From positions 1,536,001 through 1,600,000 of the forward strand of contig OZ244170.1 in NCBI GenBank assembly GCA_965216565.1: a stretch of DNA of 64,000 bases. Reading direction: 5' to 3'. The notes beneath the pieces were generated by a model. The model did no database searches. It was not told the DNA's origin and was given only the letters and a program-made list of their open reading frames with translations. Positions 1-10,513 of this stretch are shown one piece after another. Position numbers and translations under genes: made by a program. Every line of letters starts with the position of its first letter. Positions within the stretch are counted from its first letter, which is position 1. Source of the stretch: Bythopirellula sp. GTDB lineage: Bacteria > Planctomycetota > Planctomycetia > Pirellulales > Lacipirellulaceae.

Positions 1-345
1 GGGGTCGTTGTCAGTTTGTTTATCGATCCCGATGACAAGCATATCGAAGCCAGTGCCGCAACCGGGGCGACCGCGGTGGAGTTGCACACGGGCGCCTACG
101 CAAACGCGAGTGCTAAATTTTCTGGAGAGGCCGAGTTGGAAACCCTCCAAACTGCGTCCCAAAAGATTAGCTCCGCCGGACTCACTCTTCACGCGGGCCA
201 TGGACTTACATATCGCAACGTCCGACCCGTAGCACAGATCCCCAATATGTGTGAGCTAAACATCGGCCACAGCATCATCTCGCGAGCCATCATGGTGGGC
301 CTTGAACAAGCGGTTCGAGATATGAAGAAGCTAATTACCCTTTAA
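1..345 (+). CDS. pdxJ: Pyridoxine 5'-phosphate synthase, 5'-truncated by the window start
   Basis: The frame is open from base 1 ([11 protein letters not shown]). Motifs [17 protein letters not shown] and ELNIGHSII are typical of PdxJ. Confidence 0.95.
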   Translation, partial: GVVVSLFIDPDDKHIEASAATGATAVELHTGAYANASAKFSGEAELETLQTASQKISSAGLTLHAGHGLTYRNVRPVAQIPNMCELNIGHSIISRAIMVGLEQAVRDMKKLITL

Positions 346-440
346 TATCCTACCGATTGCCGAACAACTCTCGAAATGGCTATGATGGATAGTTCACAGA
401 CCCTATTTCATTGACTCGAAAGAGCATTCGGAGAATCGCA

Positions 441-1328
441 ATGGCTGCCAAGGGAAAGGCTTTCGCAGGATTATCGGTGGCATTGGTCACCCCCTTCACC
501 GACGGTGAGGTGGATTACGATGTGTTGCGGGACCAAGTCGAATTCCAGATATCAGCGGGCACCAACTGCTTATGCCCAGTAGGAACAACTGGCGAATGCC
601 CCACACTTTCGCACGCCGAGCACGAAAAAGTCATCGCCTTCGTTTGCGAAACCGCGGCGGGACGCATCAAGGTGATGCCCGGCACCGGATCGAATAGTAC
701 GCAGGAAGCATTGCGGCTGACAAAGTTTGCAGAGTCTGCCGGTGCCGACGGAGCGCTGCAAGTGGCACCGTACTACAACAAGCCAACGCAGCAGGGTTTT
801 TACGAGCATTTCAAGTGCCTAGCGGAAGAAACAGGCTTGCCGCAATGCGTCTACAATATTCCTGGTCGCACTGGAAAAAATATCGAACCCGAAACAATCG
901 GACGGCTGGCAGAGCTGGAAAATATCCAGATCGTTAAAGAAGCAACAGGTTCGCTCGATCAAGCTTCGGCCATTCTTTCCAGCACGGACTTAACAGTCCT
1001 TAGTGGGGACGACAGTTTGACTCTGCCGTTAATGTCCGTGGGTGCTTCTGGAGTCATCTCCGTAGTGGGCAACATGGTGCCGCAAGATATGCTCGCACTC
1101 ACAAAGGCCGCGCAAGCAGGGGATTTTCAAGAAGCTTTGAAGTGGCACCGCAAGCTCTTCCCGCTTTGCCGCGATATGCTGGGATTGTCGACAAATCCGA
1201 TTCCAGTGAAGGCAGCCATGAAAATGCTGGGACGCGATTCGGGCGAACTTCGTTTGCCGATGACCCCGCTTTCAGCCGATGAGGAAACTGCTCTGCGGAA
1301 CACTCTGGTTGGCTACGGCCTATTGTAG
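441..1328 (+). CDS. dapA: 4-hydroxy-tetrahydrodipicolinate synthase
   Basis: Motifs [36 protein letters not shown] and NPIPVK. ATG at 441 follows GGAGA. Confidence 0.95.
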   Translation: MAAKGKAFAGLSVALVTPFTDGEVDYDVLRDQVEFQISAGTNCLCPVGTTGECPTLSHAEHEKVIAFVCETAAGRIKVMPGTGSNSTQEALRLTKFAESAGADGALQVAPYYNKPTQQGFYEHFKCLAEETGLPQCVYNIPGRTGKNIEPETIGRLAELENIQIVKEATGSLDQASAILSSTDLTVLSGDDSLTLPLMSVGASGVISVVGNMVPQDMLALTKAAQAGDFQEALKWHRKLFPLCRDMLGLSTNPIPVKAAMKMLGRDSGELRLPMTPLSADEETALRNTLVGYGLL

Positions 1329-2294
1329 AACTTCGTTCATCACTTCCAGACGGGCTCCTTCGTTGCACGGAGCAGAGATCGTCAAGTTGGCCGAGGAAAA
1401 TTCCGCCAATCCACGAAGACGGGCAACCAATTCAGCAGCAGCATTTTGATCTGGGCAAAAAGCAAAGATTGTAGGCCCCCAGGAAGATTGGCCCACGCCT
1501 CGAACTCCCAGCCCTCGTAGCGTGTCAACCGCCTGCTCCACCTCCTGCGAGACGAACGGACTTGCCTGGATTGTCTCAAAGCAACTCCCTGCGAGTAGAC
1601 CGTATTGATAGATTCCTTCGGAAAACTGGTCGCAATCACCTGACTCAGCAGCGGGAACGATCGTCTTCTCAGCCAATTCAACAAGGCGATCGGTGACATG
1701 TTTTTCAATGGAAGGCAATGCTCCGAAAGCGTCGTTCTCACTTTCGCCATGCAGCCCCCCCTTGCCGGGCAAGCGGATCAACACAACTCGCCAGCCCTCT
1801 GGCAACGCTACTCGTTTGGCTAATTCACCCAAAGTTTGTTGAGGGAGCTTGCCGGTTTCCCAGATAAGTCCCCCGAGCTGAAATCCGTGGCTACCCACAG
1901 AGCTGCGTTTGCCGCGGCTCATGGCAGAGACTATCTCCTCGAGGTCGTATGGACCCTCACTGGTCAAAGTGTGGACCCCGGCAGCAATGGACAGAGCCAA
2001 CTGGGTACCGCTTCCCAATCCGCTATGTGCCTCTGGCTTTTTGAGAATTCGAAGTTGCATCGCCCCTGGGTCCGCTTGGCATAACTCACTAACCGCCTGC
2101 TGAGCGTAATTCAGAGACCGTTCGCAGTCTTCGCCCCAGCATTTCCATTCATTCGCAAGAGACATCTCCATTGCTAAGCAAGGCTCTGCGATCATCAATC
2201 CCAGGCCCCCATAGCTGCGGCCCGCTTGGTTTGCGAAGCTAAGCAACCCAAAGTGCAAGCGACTTGGTGCAGTAATACGAATTACTCGTTGCAT
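1320..2294 (-). CDS. mptG: Beta-ribofuranosylaminobenzene 5'-phosphate (RFAP) synthase family, GHMP fold
   Basis: N-terminal [13 protein letters not shown] motif [12 protein letters not shown] and GQSSWGPT. It lies in a cluster with pabAB and a DHPS-like gene. Confidence 0.85.
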   Translation of the reverse strand: MQRVIRITAPSRLHFGLLSFANQAGRSYGGLGLMIAEPCLAMEMSLANEWKCWGEDCERSLNYAQQAVSELCQADPGAMQLRILKKPEAHSGLGSGTQLALSIAAGVHTLTSEGPYDLEEIVSAMSRGKRSSVGSHGFQLGGLIWETGKLPQQTLGELAKRVALPEGWRVVLIRLPGKGGLHGESENDAFGALPSIEKHVTDRLVELAEKTIVPAAESGDCDQFSEGIYQYGLLAGSCFETIQASPFVSQEVEQAVDTLRGLGVRGVGQSSWGPTIFAFCPDQNAAAELVARLRGLAEFSSANLTISAPCNEGARLEVMNEVLQ

Positions 2295-2911
2295 GGTTCC
2301 TGCGTTGATGCTGAATGGGCTGCGTTGATGTACTCGCGAAGAAAGTCAAAGGCAGATTGCTCAGAGCTACTTGCCGTCTTCTTAACGATCACCGCCAGCC
2401 GGTTCATGTCACTGGCAACGTCTTCTTTCGAAATGAGTGAAATCCTAGTGGCCAAGATCGCCGCCTCCAGCACAGCATGTTGTGCTCGATTGAAACCGAA
2501 GAAATTTCGATTGTCTACTTTTCTCACCGTCTGGCCGATCAAGATTGCCCGTTCTTCGCGATCGTCAATAGATTCAATTCTGAATTCGTGCCAGCGACAG
2601 GCACCGACCAGAGCCTTGCCGACGATTTCTTTGGCTGCACCAAGTTGCGGAAGTGGTTCCGGCATTCCCACCGCGGTGCTGGCGATGAGCCCAACGTCGT
2701 CGGTGATATGAAATATCCCCTCGCGTTGACGCACCAGATTGCGATACGTGAGCGAGGATTGAAAGGGTCGGAAGACAAACTTGTTGCACTCCGCGTCCAC
2801 GATTGGCCCCATGGGCGAAATGTTTACGACACCATCTTCATCGAGCGTTGTGACCAGACCCTCTAAGATCTTGCCATCTTTACCCAATTGTGGTGTGTCC
2901 ATCTTTGTCAT
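2282..2911 (-). CDS. DUF447 family protein (flavin-reductase-like, associated with H4MPT clusters)
   Basis: Motifs ILEGLVTT..NISPMG, RPFQSSLTYRN and GFNRAQHAVLEAAILATR. It overlaps or abuts its neighbours in an operon. Confidence 0.8.
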   Translation of the reverse strand: MTKMDTPQLGKDGKILEGLVTTLDEDGVVNISPMGPIVDAECNKFVFRPFQSSLTYRNLVRQREGIFHITDDVGLIASTAVGMPEPLPQLGAAKEIVGKALVGACRWHEFRIESIDDREERAILIGQTVRKVDNRNFFGFNRAQHAVLEAAILATRISLISKEDVASDMNRLAVIVKKTASSSEQSAFDFLREYINAAHSASTQEPCNE

Positions 2912-2914
2912 TGT

Positions 2915-3580
2915 TCAAAACGTGACGGGTTGGTTTGTCACAACGTCCACCACTTCTTTAGGTTGATTCATTTCGCTTAACTGCAAACCTTGGCTCTGCT
3001 CTGTAACGTTTATGCCTGCTAGTTTCAAGAAGTTGTGCAGTAAACGATACCCACAACCGGTGAGAATTGCCTCGGGATGAAATTGAAGTCCAGCCACCGG
3101 AAAATGAGCGTGCTCAATCGCCATGATGGTTCCATCCTCGCAGCGAGCGGTGTCTGCCAATTCTCGCGGGAGCGTATTGTGTTTGACGGCCAGTGAATGA
3201 TATCGACAGGCCTCGAATTGTTGAGGAACATCGCAAAACAGCGCCGTGTCATCGTGCCACACCTCAGACGTGCGACCATGCATGGGTTGTTTCGCTCGAA
3301 CAATCCTACCGCCCAGCGCAGAAGCGATTGCTTGATGACCGAGGCAGATGCCTAGAATGGGAAACTCTTGATGAAGCTGCTGCACCAACTCGACGCAGAT
3401 CCCCGCTCTTTCTGGAATTCCAGGCCCTGGTGAAAGCACGATCGCCTGCGGGCGAAGCTTGCGAATCTCTTCTACGGAGATTGCATCATTTCGTACAACT
3501 CGAGTCTCAAGGCCCAGTCGCTGAATGTATCTCGCCAGGTTGAAGACGAAACTATCGTAATTATCAATCAGTAGGATCAT
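2915..3580 (-). CDS. pabA: Aminodeoxychorismate/anthranilate synthase component II (glutamine amidotransferase)
   Basis: Motifs LIDNYDSF, SPGPG, GICLGHQ, RYHSL and QFHPE. Its start overlaps the pabB stop. Confidence 0.9.
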   Translation of the reverse strand: MILLIDNYDSFVFNLARYIQRLGLETRVVRNDAISVEEIRKLRPQAIVLSPGPGIPERAGICVELVQQLHQEFPILGICLGHQAIASALGGRIVRAKQPMHGRTSEVWHDDTALFCDVPQQFEACRYHSLAVKHNTLPRELADTARCEDGTIMAIEHAHFPVAGLQFHPEAILTGCGYRLLHNFLKLAGINVTEQSQGLQLSEMNQPKEVVDVVTNQPVTF

Positions 3581-4983
3581 GCTTTAATTGCATCCAACAT
3601 GCTGCGGGCTTTGTGCCACGTCTCGCGGTACTCTTGCTCGGGAATGCTTTGAGCGACGATACCTCCACCCACAGGCAATTGCCACCAGCTTCCACCGGCC
3701 GTCACTGTCCGAATCAAGATGTTGCTATCCATTTGACCATCAAAACCCAGGTAAGCCAAGCTACCACAGTATGGACCTCGGCAGGTCGGTTCGAGTTCCG
3801 CAATGATTTGCATCGCTCGAATCTTCGGGGCCCCCGTGATCGATCCTCCTGGAAAACAAGCGCGGAACAAGTCCAGGCTCGAAGCACCATCGCGTAACGT
3901 CCCGCAAATACAGGAAACAAGGTGTTTCACCGAGGAATACGTTTCCACATTGCAAAGCTCCGTCACACGTACGCTATCTGGTTCGCAGACTCGCGAAAGG
4001 TCGTTCCGCAGCAAGTCGACGATCATCACATTCTCGGCCCGATCTTTCTCGCTCTGCTGAAGAACATTTCCAGCAAAAAGATCAGCCTCGGCAGTGCCAA
4101 ATCGTCCGGAGGTGCCTTTGATGGGTCGGGTCTCTACTTGATTGCCACGAACGGTTAGGAAACACTCGGGCGAGGTGCTGCACACTTGCCAGTCTCCAAC
4201 ATCTATGTAGCCAGCGTATGGTGCCGGGTTTTTCTCGCGAAGTCTCAGGTACAACTCGTGTGAACTCGAGCGAGCCGGGCAGAGGAGTCGTTGGGCCAGA
4301 TTGACCTGAAAAACTTCGCCGCTGTGAATGTACTCCACAGCTTGGCGAATCATATTCAGATAGCTGTCTCCCGACATGTTGCTTGTTACACCCTCTAGTT
4401 CAACTTCGAATTGAGGAGCAACATTCAACTTTTTTGCGGAAGCTTGTGAAGGAACGTCACCAGGGGAGGGTGCCTCGGCAAGCCAGGACTTCAATTCTTC
4501 GAGGCGATGCCGTGCGCGATGCTTTCTTTCATCGGGATCAGATTCCGGGAACCCTTGAGAAATCATCCACGCTTCGTCCTTCTGGTGATCGAAAGCCACG
4601 ACCAGATCGTATAGACCAACTGCCATTGCCGGCACGGGCAGATCATTGGCTTTCGCCGGGGAGAGTCTCTCAAGGCTCAGAGCCAGTTCATATCCAAAGA
4701 TTCCCGCAGCACCTCCTTGGAAGGGAGGCAATCCCGGCACGGTTTGTTCCTGATAGCCATTGAGAGCCAGCTGCAGCTTTCCAAGTCCATCGGAGCCGTC
4801 TGCTGGAGCCGTTATCCACTGGAATGGATCGACAGCAACGAATGAGTATCTCGCATCGTTGATTTGGGAATCGCAATTATCGAAAAACACCACATGAGGA
4901 TGATTCCGCAGACGACAGAATACATCGACCGCCGAAATACCTCGCGGCAAAGCCTCAACAAAGGGTAAAGAACTTCCTGTCAC
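3577..4983 (-). CDS. pabB: Aminodeoxychorismate synthase component I
   Basis: Motifs PFQGG, FQVNL, TRPIKGT, KDRAENVMIVDLLRNDL and PGGSITGAPK. PIKGT points to PabB rather than TrpE. Confidence 0.9.
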   Translation of the reverse strand: MTGSSLPFVEALPRGISAVDVFCRLRNHPHVVFFDNCDSQINDARYSFVAVDPFQWITAPADGSDGLGKLQLALNGYQEQTVPGLPPFQGGAAGIFGYELALSLERLSPAKANDLPVPAMAVGLYDLVVAFDHQKDEAWMISQGFPESDPDERKHRARHRLEELKSWLAEAPSPGDVPSQASAKKLNVAPQFEVELEGVTSNMSGDSYLNMIRQAVEYIHSGEVFQVNLAQRLLCPARSSSHELYLRLREKNPAPYAGYIDVGDWQVCSTSPECFLTVRGNQVETRPIKGTSGRFGTAEADLFAGNVLQQSEKDRAENVMIVDLLRNDLSRVCEPDSVRVTELCNVETYSSVKHLVSCICGTLRDGASSLDLFRACFPGGSITGAPKIRAMQIIAELEPTCRGPYCGSLAYLGFDGQMDSNILIRTVTAGGSWWQLPVGGGIVAQSIPEQEYRETWHKARSMLDAIKA

Positions 4984-6404
4984 TTTTCACTATTCCTTGT
5001 ATCACTCTTCCTAGGTCTTCGTTTCAAGTAATGCCTAGGTTCCGCTTCGGTAGCTAAACCCCAGTTGAGTGCTTCGTCCTGTGTGTAGTTCTTGCCGAGT
5101 GTCATGGCAGTCTTCGCCTTGCACATTTCATAACCTAAATAGAACGCATGGCTCGGGTCGAGGTTCTTGGGGTGAGAGCCACCGTCCCCGGAACTTCTCA
5201 GTGAATCCATTAATGCAAAGGGATCGCTGTCGTGTAAGTGAAGATCGCCATTAATAAGATGAATCTCCCCTTCCGAAACGAAGATGCGGTAATTTGAATC
5301 CCGAACCTCACTTGCCAAGTCTGAAAGCTCCTTGGGGGTGACCTCCGTCTTCCACTCATCAGTCAGCATGATCAGTCCCGGCTCAATATGCTTAGGCAAA
5401 ACTTGATTGCTAATGGCATGAAACACGAGCCGACGCGCCAGATCGCATTCTCGAACGCTTGATCGCGCCCAATTGATCACCTGGGTCGTGAGCACACTGC
5501 GGATTCCCAGTTCCTGGCAAAAGCCGAGCAGTACCGTATTGATCCCGACCGAGTCGGCATCGGTTAGTTCAGTAAGATTTCCGATTCCCATCATCATCTC
5601 GGCATCGGGGTAGCGCTCCCTGACATCCAAATAGCGGCCCAAACTCTCTGCGAAGCCAAAAGAGATTGGTTCCAGAATAGGATCGATTCTTAACGCGACA
5701 TCATGCTTCGCCAGATAATCGATAGTTTCATCGAACCCTAGAAGTGTCTTCGGGTCATCGGGGATTGCCACGACTTCCACGCCCCAATCCAGGGCAGCTT
5801 CTCTATTGGAACTGTTGACACTCAGAACCAATTCGGCTCCCGCTGCTACCGCTGCTTCAATTTCTGCGCTGTTAAGACTATCTACCGATACGCGATGCCC
5901 CTCACCTCGCAATGCTTGTACGGCTTCCGTGACGCCAATCCATGTGTGTCCTGGTTCGCAGCCCACATCGATGACATCTGCCCCTGCCTCAGCGTATTCT
6001 TGCGCGAGGGCTTGGATTTCAGCGAGAGATAGCCGCGGGCAATGGTTTATCTCGGCTATGATCTGGATATCGTAACTGCCGTAGTCAGAATCGCTTGAGG
6101 GCTGCTCAAAGTACTGCGGCAACTGCCGAAGATCTTTTGGACCGCGGACGATTGGTAGGCTGACAACATCTTGCAGAGCAGTCAAATCGCCTTCGCAATA
6201 GCCAGGCAGAAACAGTTTTGTCGTGCCTGCTGGAATCTCGAGACGACGTGAGATCCATTCTGGCGTCATCAAGGCAGCGACAGTGATCGGCATCACCTGC
6301 AGACTGTATTGAAAGTTCGCCTGGGGCGCCACTTTTTCCAGGACGGCCCTCAAAGCATGTTGGGCCAAACGACCGGTGACAAAATGGTACACTTCTTGCG
6401 ACAT
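4980..6404 (-). CDS. Dihydropteroate-synthase-like protein of H4MPT biosynthesis (Orf20-like)
   Basis: N-terminal HFVTGRLA, GPKDL, GADVIDVG, DPILEPI, GNLTELTDADS and C-terminal HAFYLGYE..YTQDE. Likely start is ATG 6404, not the upstream 6521. Confidence 0.8.
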   Translation of the reverse strand: MSQEVYHFVTGRLAQHALRAVLEKVAPQANFQYSLQVMPITVAALMTPEWISRRLEIPAGTTKLFLPGYCEGDLTALQDVVSLPIVRGPKDLRQLPQYFEQPSSDSDYGSYDIQIIAEINHCPRLSLAEIQALAQEYAEAGADVIDVGCEPGHTWIGVTEAVQALRGEGHRVSVDSLNSAEIEAAVAAGAELVLSVNSSNREAALDWGVEVVAIPDDPKTLLGFDETIDYLAKHDVALRIDPILEPISFGFAESLGRYLDVRERYPDAEMMMGIGNLTELTDADSVGINTVLLGFCQELGIRSVLTTQVINWARSSVRECDLARRLVFHAISNQVLPKHIEPGLIMLTDEWKTEVTPKELSDLASEVRDSNYRIFVSEGEIHLINGDLHLHDSDPFALMDSLRSSGDGGSHPKNLDPSHAFYLGYEMCKAKTAMTLGKNYTQDEALNWGLATEAEPRHYLKRRPRKSDTRNSEK

Positions 6405-6415
6405 AGAAAGTCGGC

Positions 6416-7180
6416 CTAAGCGCGTCCGCCATTCACGGGAAGAACATGTCCGGTAATAAAATTGGCGGCTGGCGACACCAAGAAACAGGCTGCCTGGGCG
6501 ACGTCCGCAGGCGTTCCCCACCGAGCTAGTAGCGATTCCGCTTCAGCTCTCTCCTGCCAATAGTCACTGGCATTGTCCCCCCATGCTGTCTTGATCCAAC
6601 CGGGGGCAAGGCAATTTACCCGCACTTCGGGAGCAAGTGATTTGGCCGCGCTACGCGTAAATGCCATGATGGCACCTTTGGTCGTCGAGAACATTTCACC
6701 ACTTTCTCCAGCCATGCCAAATTCAGCTTGATCCCAACCTATGTTCAGAATCACCCCTTCTCCGCGCTCTTTCATTTTCTCACCGACATAGCGAGTAAGT
6801 TGGACCGTTGACAAGACATCCGTTTTCCACAGTCGGTCGATCTTCTCGTTGAACGGCAGTTCCGCCGCCGACCCCGTCAGTACATCGGCGCCGGCGTTAT
6901 TAATCCAAATGTCAATTGAAGCTACCTGCCACGCTTTCTCAGCAAAGTCTGCCAGCAGACTTTCGTCGGATAAATCGCAGGCAATAACTTCTGCCTGAGT
7001 GTCACCCGCGCGAAGATCTGTGGCTAACTGTTTCGCCGCATCCAGATTGCGATACCCGTGCAGAATAAGATTGGCCCCAGCGGACGCCAACTCGATCGCT
7101 ATGGCCCGGCCAATCCCACTGGAACTACCGGTGACAACTGCCCATTTGTTTTCGAAACTAGATGAAGAGGCTGAGGTCAT
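6416..7180 (-). CDS. SDR-family oxidoreductase with atypical active site (FolM/pteridine reductase-like)
   Basis: Motifs TGSSSGIG, NNAG, APEVRVNCLAPG and ITGHVLPVNGG. The catalytic YxxxK reads FSTTK. Confidence 0.85.
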   Translation of the reverse strand: MTSASSSSFENKWAVVTGSSSGIGRAIAIELASAGANLILHGYRNLDAAKQLATDLRAGDTQAEVIACDLSDESLLADFAEKAWQVASIDIWINNAGADVLTGSAAELPFNEKIDRLWKTDVLSTVQLTRYVGEKMKERGEGVILNIGWDQAEFGMAGESGEMFSTTKGAIMAFTRSAAKSLAPEVRVNCLAPGWIKTAWGDNASDYWQERAEAESLLARWGTPADVAQAACFLVSPAANFITGHVLPVNGGRA

Positions 7181-7351
7181 AGGCTCGCGAGCGGGCAGAT
7201 TGTGATCGACGAATGTTGACGCATGTTGGTGGTAATGATTCTGCTGAGCAATTGGAGGCTGTCATCAAGGTCAGCTTGTCTCTATTTGGCAATCGACCTA
7301 GGATATCTGCGGAACAACAGTCCCGGCTTCGAAACTGACGAAGGTAGAAAG

Positions 7352-9049
7352 ATGTCGTCTGAAATCCCTAGCGATTCTCCAGCAAAAGACCAACCAACGA
7401 AACGCCGCATTCGCTGGTTTCCCATCATCTGGGTTTCGCTACTAACCGCAATTGTAGTCCAATCCAGGTACTACTTCGAGGACCCCGGGATTTACAACAG
7501 CATTACCCACTTTGCGGTAATACTGGGTGTGGTGGGAATCGCTTTGTGGGTCCTGGTTCGTAGCCGATGGCAACTGACAACTAGATTCGCTGCCGCCGGG
7601 GTACTCTTACTAGCGATAAGTGCTCACTATCTGCAATTCTCTCCAATCGAATTCGTCAACAACGGCGATGTCGGACTAGTTGATTGGCGGTGGAGATGGG
7701 TTGATCCCGATCGGCAACTTACAACCGTCGCCGCGGAAAACGAACAACAGATCGATTGGCAACCCACAGAATGGGATTACCCCCGCTTCTTGGGCAACGG
7801 GTATTGGGCAGAAGCCGAGGGAGTGACGCTTAATACCAATTGGAAAGCGAATCCTCCCGAGGTCATATGGGAGCAACGGATTGGTGCCGGCTGGTCGGCA
7901 TTTGCCGTGGTGGGCCACTATGCCGTCACGCAAGAGCAACGCGGCGAGCAGGAGATGGTCACGTGCTACGACATCGAAGACGGCTCCTTAGTTTGGAGCC
8001 ACGCCGACGACGTCCGATTCGATCCCAGCGGCGGAGGATCACTGGGAGGTGTTGGCCCCCAAGCCACGCCGACCATCCACGAAGGGCGCGTGTACACGCA
8101 TGGAGCCACGGGTGTCATCAACTGCATGGAAGCAACGAGCGGCACACTTCTATGGTCTCACGATGCAGTCACAGAGTTTGAAGTCGAAACACTCCTCTGG
8201 GGAAAATCTGCTTCGCCATTAATTGTTGACCACATGGTAGTCGTTAGCATCGGCGATGCACGTGCGAGTATTTCTGAAGCAATAGTACAAGAAGGCAATT
8301 CACTCGTGGCTTTCGACCAGCTTACTGGCGAGGTCATTTGGAAGGCAGGGAACCGCCGAAGTAGTTATGCGAGCCCCATCCTCACCACACTCGCAGGCGT
8401 CCGGCAAATAGTAGTTGTGAATGAAGACTACATTACATCCCATCGCGCAGACGATGGCACAATTCTCTGGGAGCACCCTTGGCCCGGTCGCAGCGACACA
8501 AATGCATCGGCATCTCAGCCGGTTCCCGTGGGAAAAGATCGGATATTTGTTTCTAAGGGATACGGAATCGGTTCGGAACTTATTCAGATATCTCGCGCAG
8601 ACGATCGATGGGATGTCGAGACAGTCTGGAAAAAGAATGTTATGAAAACAAAAATGTGCAATGTCGTCGTCCACGAAGGCTACATCTATGGCATCGACGA
8701 CGTGCATCTTGCCTGCGTTGAATTAGAATCGGGCAAAAAACAGTGGAAGAAACGCCGCCGACCGACCTTTGGTCATGGGCAGATCATGCTGGTAGGCGAG
8801 CAATTGCTAGTAATTTCCGAAGAAGGCGAAGTGATTCTTGCTGCTGCAAATCCTGACGAATACTCAGAACTGGGTAGCTTTCAAGCCATTGATGGGATCA
8901 CTTGGAATAACCTTGCTCTAGCAGGTCCGAATCTTCTTGTGCGGAATGCTGAGTGGGCTGCCTGCTTTGAGTTGCCCCTAGCCAATCCGAATTCGAGCGA
9001 AGCTTCTGACCCCAACAAAGACTCTTTAGAGGGCACAGCTCAGCAATAA
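7352..9049 (+). CDS. Membrane protein with PQQ-binding-like beta-propeller
   Basis: Three N-terminal hydrophobic segments, then YPRFLG, PEVIW, GPQATP, SASP, SYASP and TWNN. These are typical of planctomycete PQQ-like repeat proteins. Confidence 0.8.
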   Translation: MSSEIPSDSPAKDQPTKRRIRWFPIIWVSLLTAIVVQSRYYFEDPGIYNSITHFAVILGVVGIALWVLVRSRWQLTTRFAAAGVLLLAISAHYLQFSPIEFVNNGDVGLVDWRWRWVDPDRQLTTVAAENEQQIDWQPTEWDYPRFLGNGYWAEAEGVTLNTNWKANPPEVIWEQRIGAGWSAFAVVGHYAVTQEQRGEQEMVTCYDIEDGSLVWSHADDVRFDPSGGGSLGGVGPQATPTIHEGRVYTHGATGVINCMEATSGTLLWSHDAVTEFEVETLLWGKSASPLIVDHMVVVSIGDARASISEAIVQEGNSLVAFDQLTGEVIWKAGNRRSSYASPILTTLAGVRQIVVVNEDYITSHRADDGTILWEHPWPGRSDTNASASQPVPVGKDRIFVSKGYGIGSELIQISRADDRWDVETVWKKNVMKTKMCNVVVHEGYIYGIDDVHLACVELESGKKQWKKRRRPTFGHGQIMLVGEQLLVISEEGEVILAAANPDEYSELGSFQAIDGITWNNLALAGPNLLVRNAEWAACFELPLANPNSSEASDPNKDSLEGTAQQ

Positions 9050-9085
9050 GACCTCAGGGGAACTTGAGAATCGCGCCAGCAATTT

Positions 9086-10231
9086 TTACTTGGGAGCGTT
9101 CTCAATGAGCCAGTCTTCTAAGATAACGTGCTCAACCTGCGGAGCACGCAGCAGGGCCGTATTGGCCGGCAGTAGCGACGCCAACCAAGGTCTACGGGCG
9201 AGACCTGAGACAGCTCGCATTCGTAAACTTCCAATGGAACTTCCGGTAGTTTGTTGTTCGACATTCTCGCTAAGCCTTCGGAATGTCGCTGGGATGACAT
9301 TTGGCTCAGGACCGATATGCAACACGGTATCCACCTTTGCCGAGAGGGTTTTCATCACCGCGTCCCAGAGTCTTTGAGGATGGTCTATCCATTTCCTCAA
9401 CACTTCCTGGGCTGAGTGGTCATCGTAGCTCATCTGTCCCGTGGCCAAAGACATCAGAGGAGGGCAGGGCGGTACGACCCCGCCTTGCATGGTCTCCATC
9501 AGCACCGACGCACGGTCGGGAATTTGCTTCTGTCTAACGATGGCAGTGTGTAGCGGAGGCCATTGATAGGAATTCATGCGTAAGTGCGCCTTGTGTGGCA
9601 ACAACTCATGCATCACTTCCCTGAAACGTTCGACCGTTTTATTTTGTCCGATGAGCAGCATCGAGTTGGGAGATAGAATAGCCGACACGCCGATGGTTCC
9701 TTTGCCTTCGGAAGTCACTTTCAAACACAGCCGAACAACCTGTTCCTCTTCGATTTTTGGGCCTCTCGAAAACAAGACGCCCATAAAAGCATCTTCCGCC
9801 AGTGCCACACAATCGCGTGCCATCGCTAGCGGGATCCGAATCATATCCTCCAGATTGAACATGCCACCACATCCAAGCGCGGTGAGTTCGCCTAGGCTAT
9901 AGCCGAAAGCTAGCTTGGCTTGGTTGATTTCGACGCCGTGAATCTCGGTAAGCAGACGTATTTGCGCCACCTCGGTAGCCATGATCAGCGAGATGGCTTC
10001 TTCGTAGTGCTCAAGTGACAAGTCGAACTGCGCCTTGACCCGATCGACAAGGCTAACGTTATAGTCCACATATTCGTTACAGATGGTCCCGAACCTGTTC
10101 AGCTCGTCCTCTACAATTCGCTGATAGCTGGGAACGGCTAGTAGTTCTCCGGTCCGGCCAAGATTCGTAATGTTATATCCACGGAAAGCCAGTGCCGTGT
10201 CCGCGATATTGAGCGTATGTGGTGATTCCAA
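9086..10231 (-). CDS. Malonyl-CoA:ACP transacylase-like (FabD-like) acyltransferase
   Basis: GYSLGE nucleophile elbow, PPLHT (GAFH equivalent) and LHIGP. TTG start. Confidence 0.7.
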   Translation of the reverse strand: MESPHTLNIADTALAFRGYNITNLGRTGELLAVPSYQRIVEDELNRFGTICNEYVDYNVSLVDRVKAQFDLSLEHYEEAISLIMATEVAQIRLLTEIHGVEINQAKLAFGYSLGELTALGCGGMFNLEDMIRIPLAMARDCVALAEDAFMGVLFSRGPKIEEEQVVRLCLKVTSEGKGTIGVSAILSPNSMLLIGQNKTVERFREVMHELLPHKAHLRMNSYQWPPLHTAIVRQKQIPDRASVLMETMQGGVVPPCPPLMSLATGQMSYDDHSAQEVLRKWIDHPQRLWDAVMKTLSAKVDTVLHIGPEPNVIPATFRRLSENVEQQTTGSSIGSLRMRAVSGLARRPWLASLLPANTALLRAPQVEHVILEDWLIENAPK

Positions 10232-10513
10232 GAGCGATCCCCTTCAAACGCTGGGCTAGAGAGCAATAGAACAAATCCTGCTGTCTATTATATCGGCTTC
10301 GGTCTAAACAATCAGTTCTCTCGTACCGAACAGAGCCAACCGCTCACTTCCTAACGGTTATTCCGGTGTTAGGACATTCCCGGAGGCAATCATTGGGCTG
10401 CCCGTAGAGGCAGTCACTATCTTGCCCCCAGCAGAGGGATCGTGAACTAAGTTTTCTGAGGAGTTCTACCTACCTACGACTGAAAAAGAACATCGAAAAA
10501 CTCAAGGGGTGTA

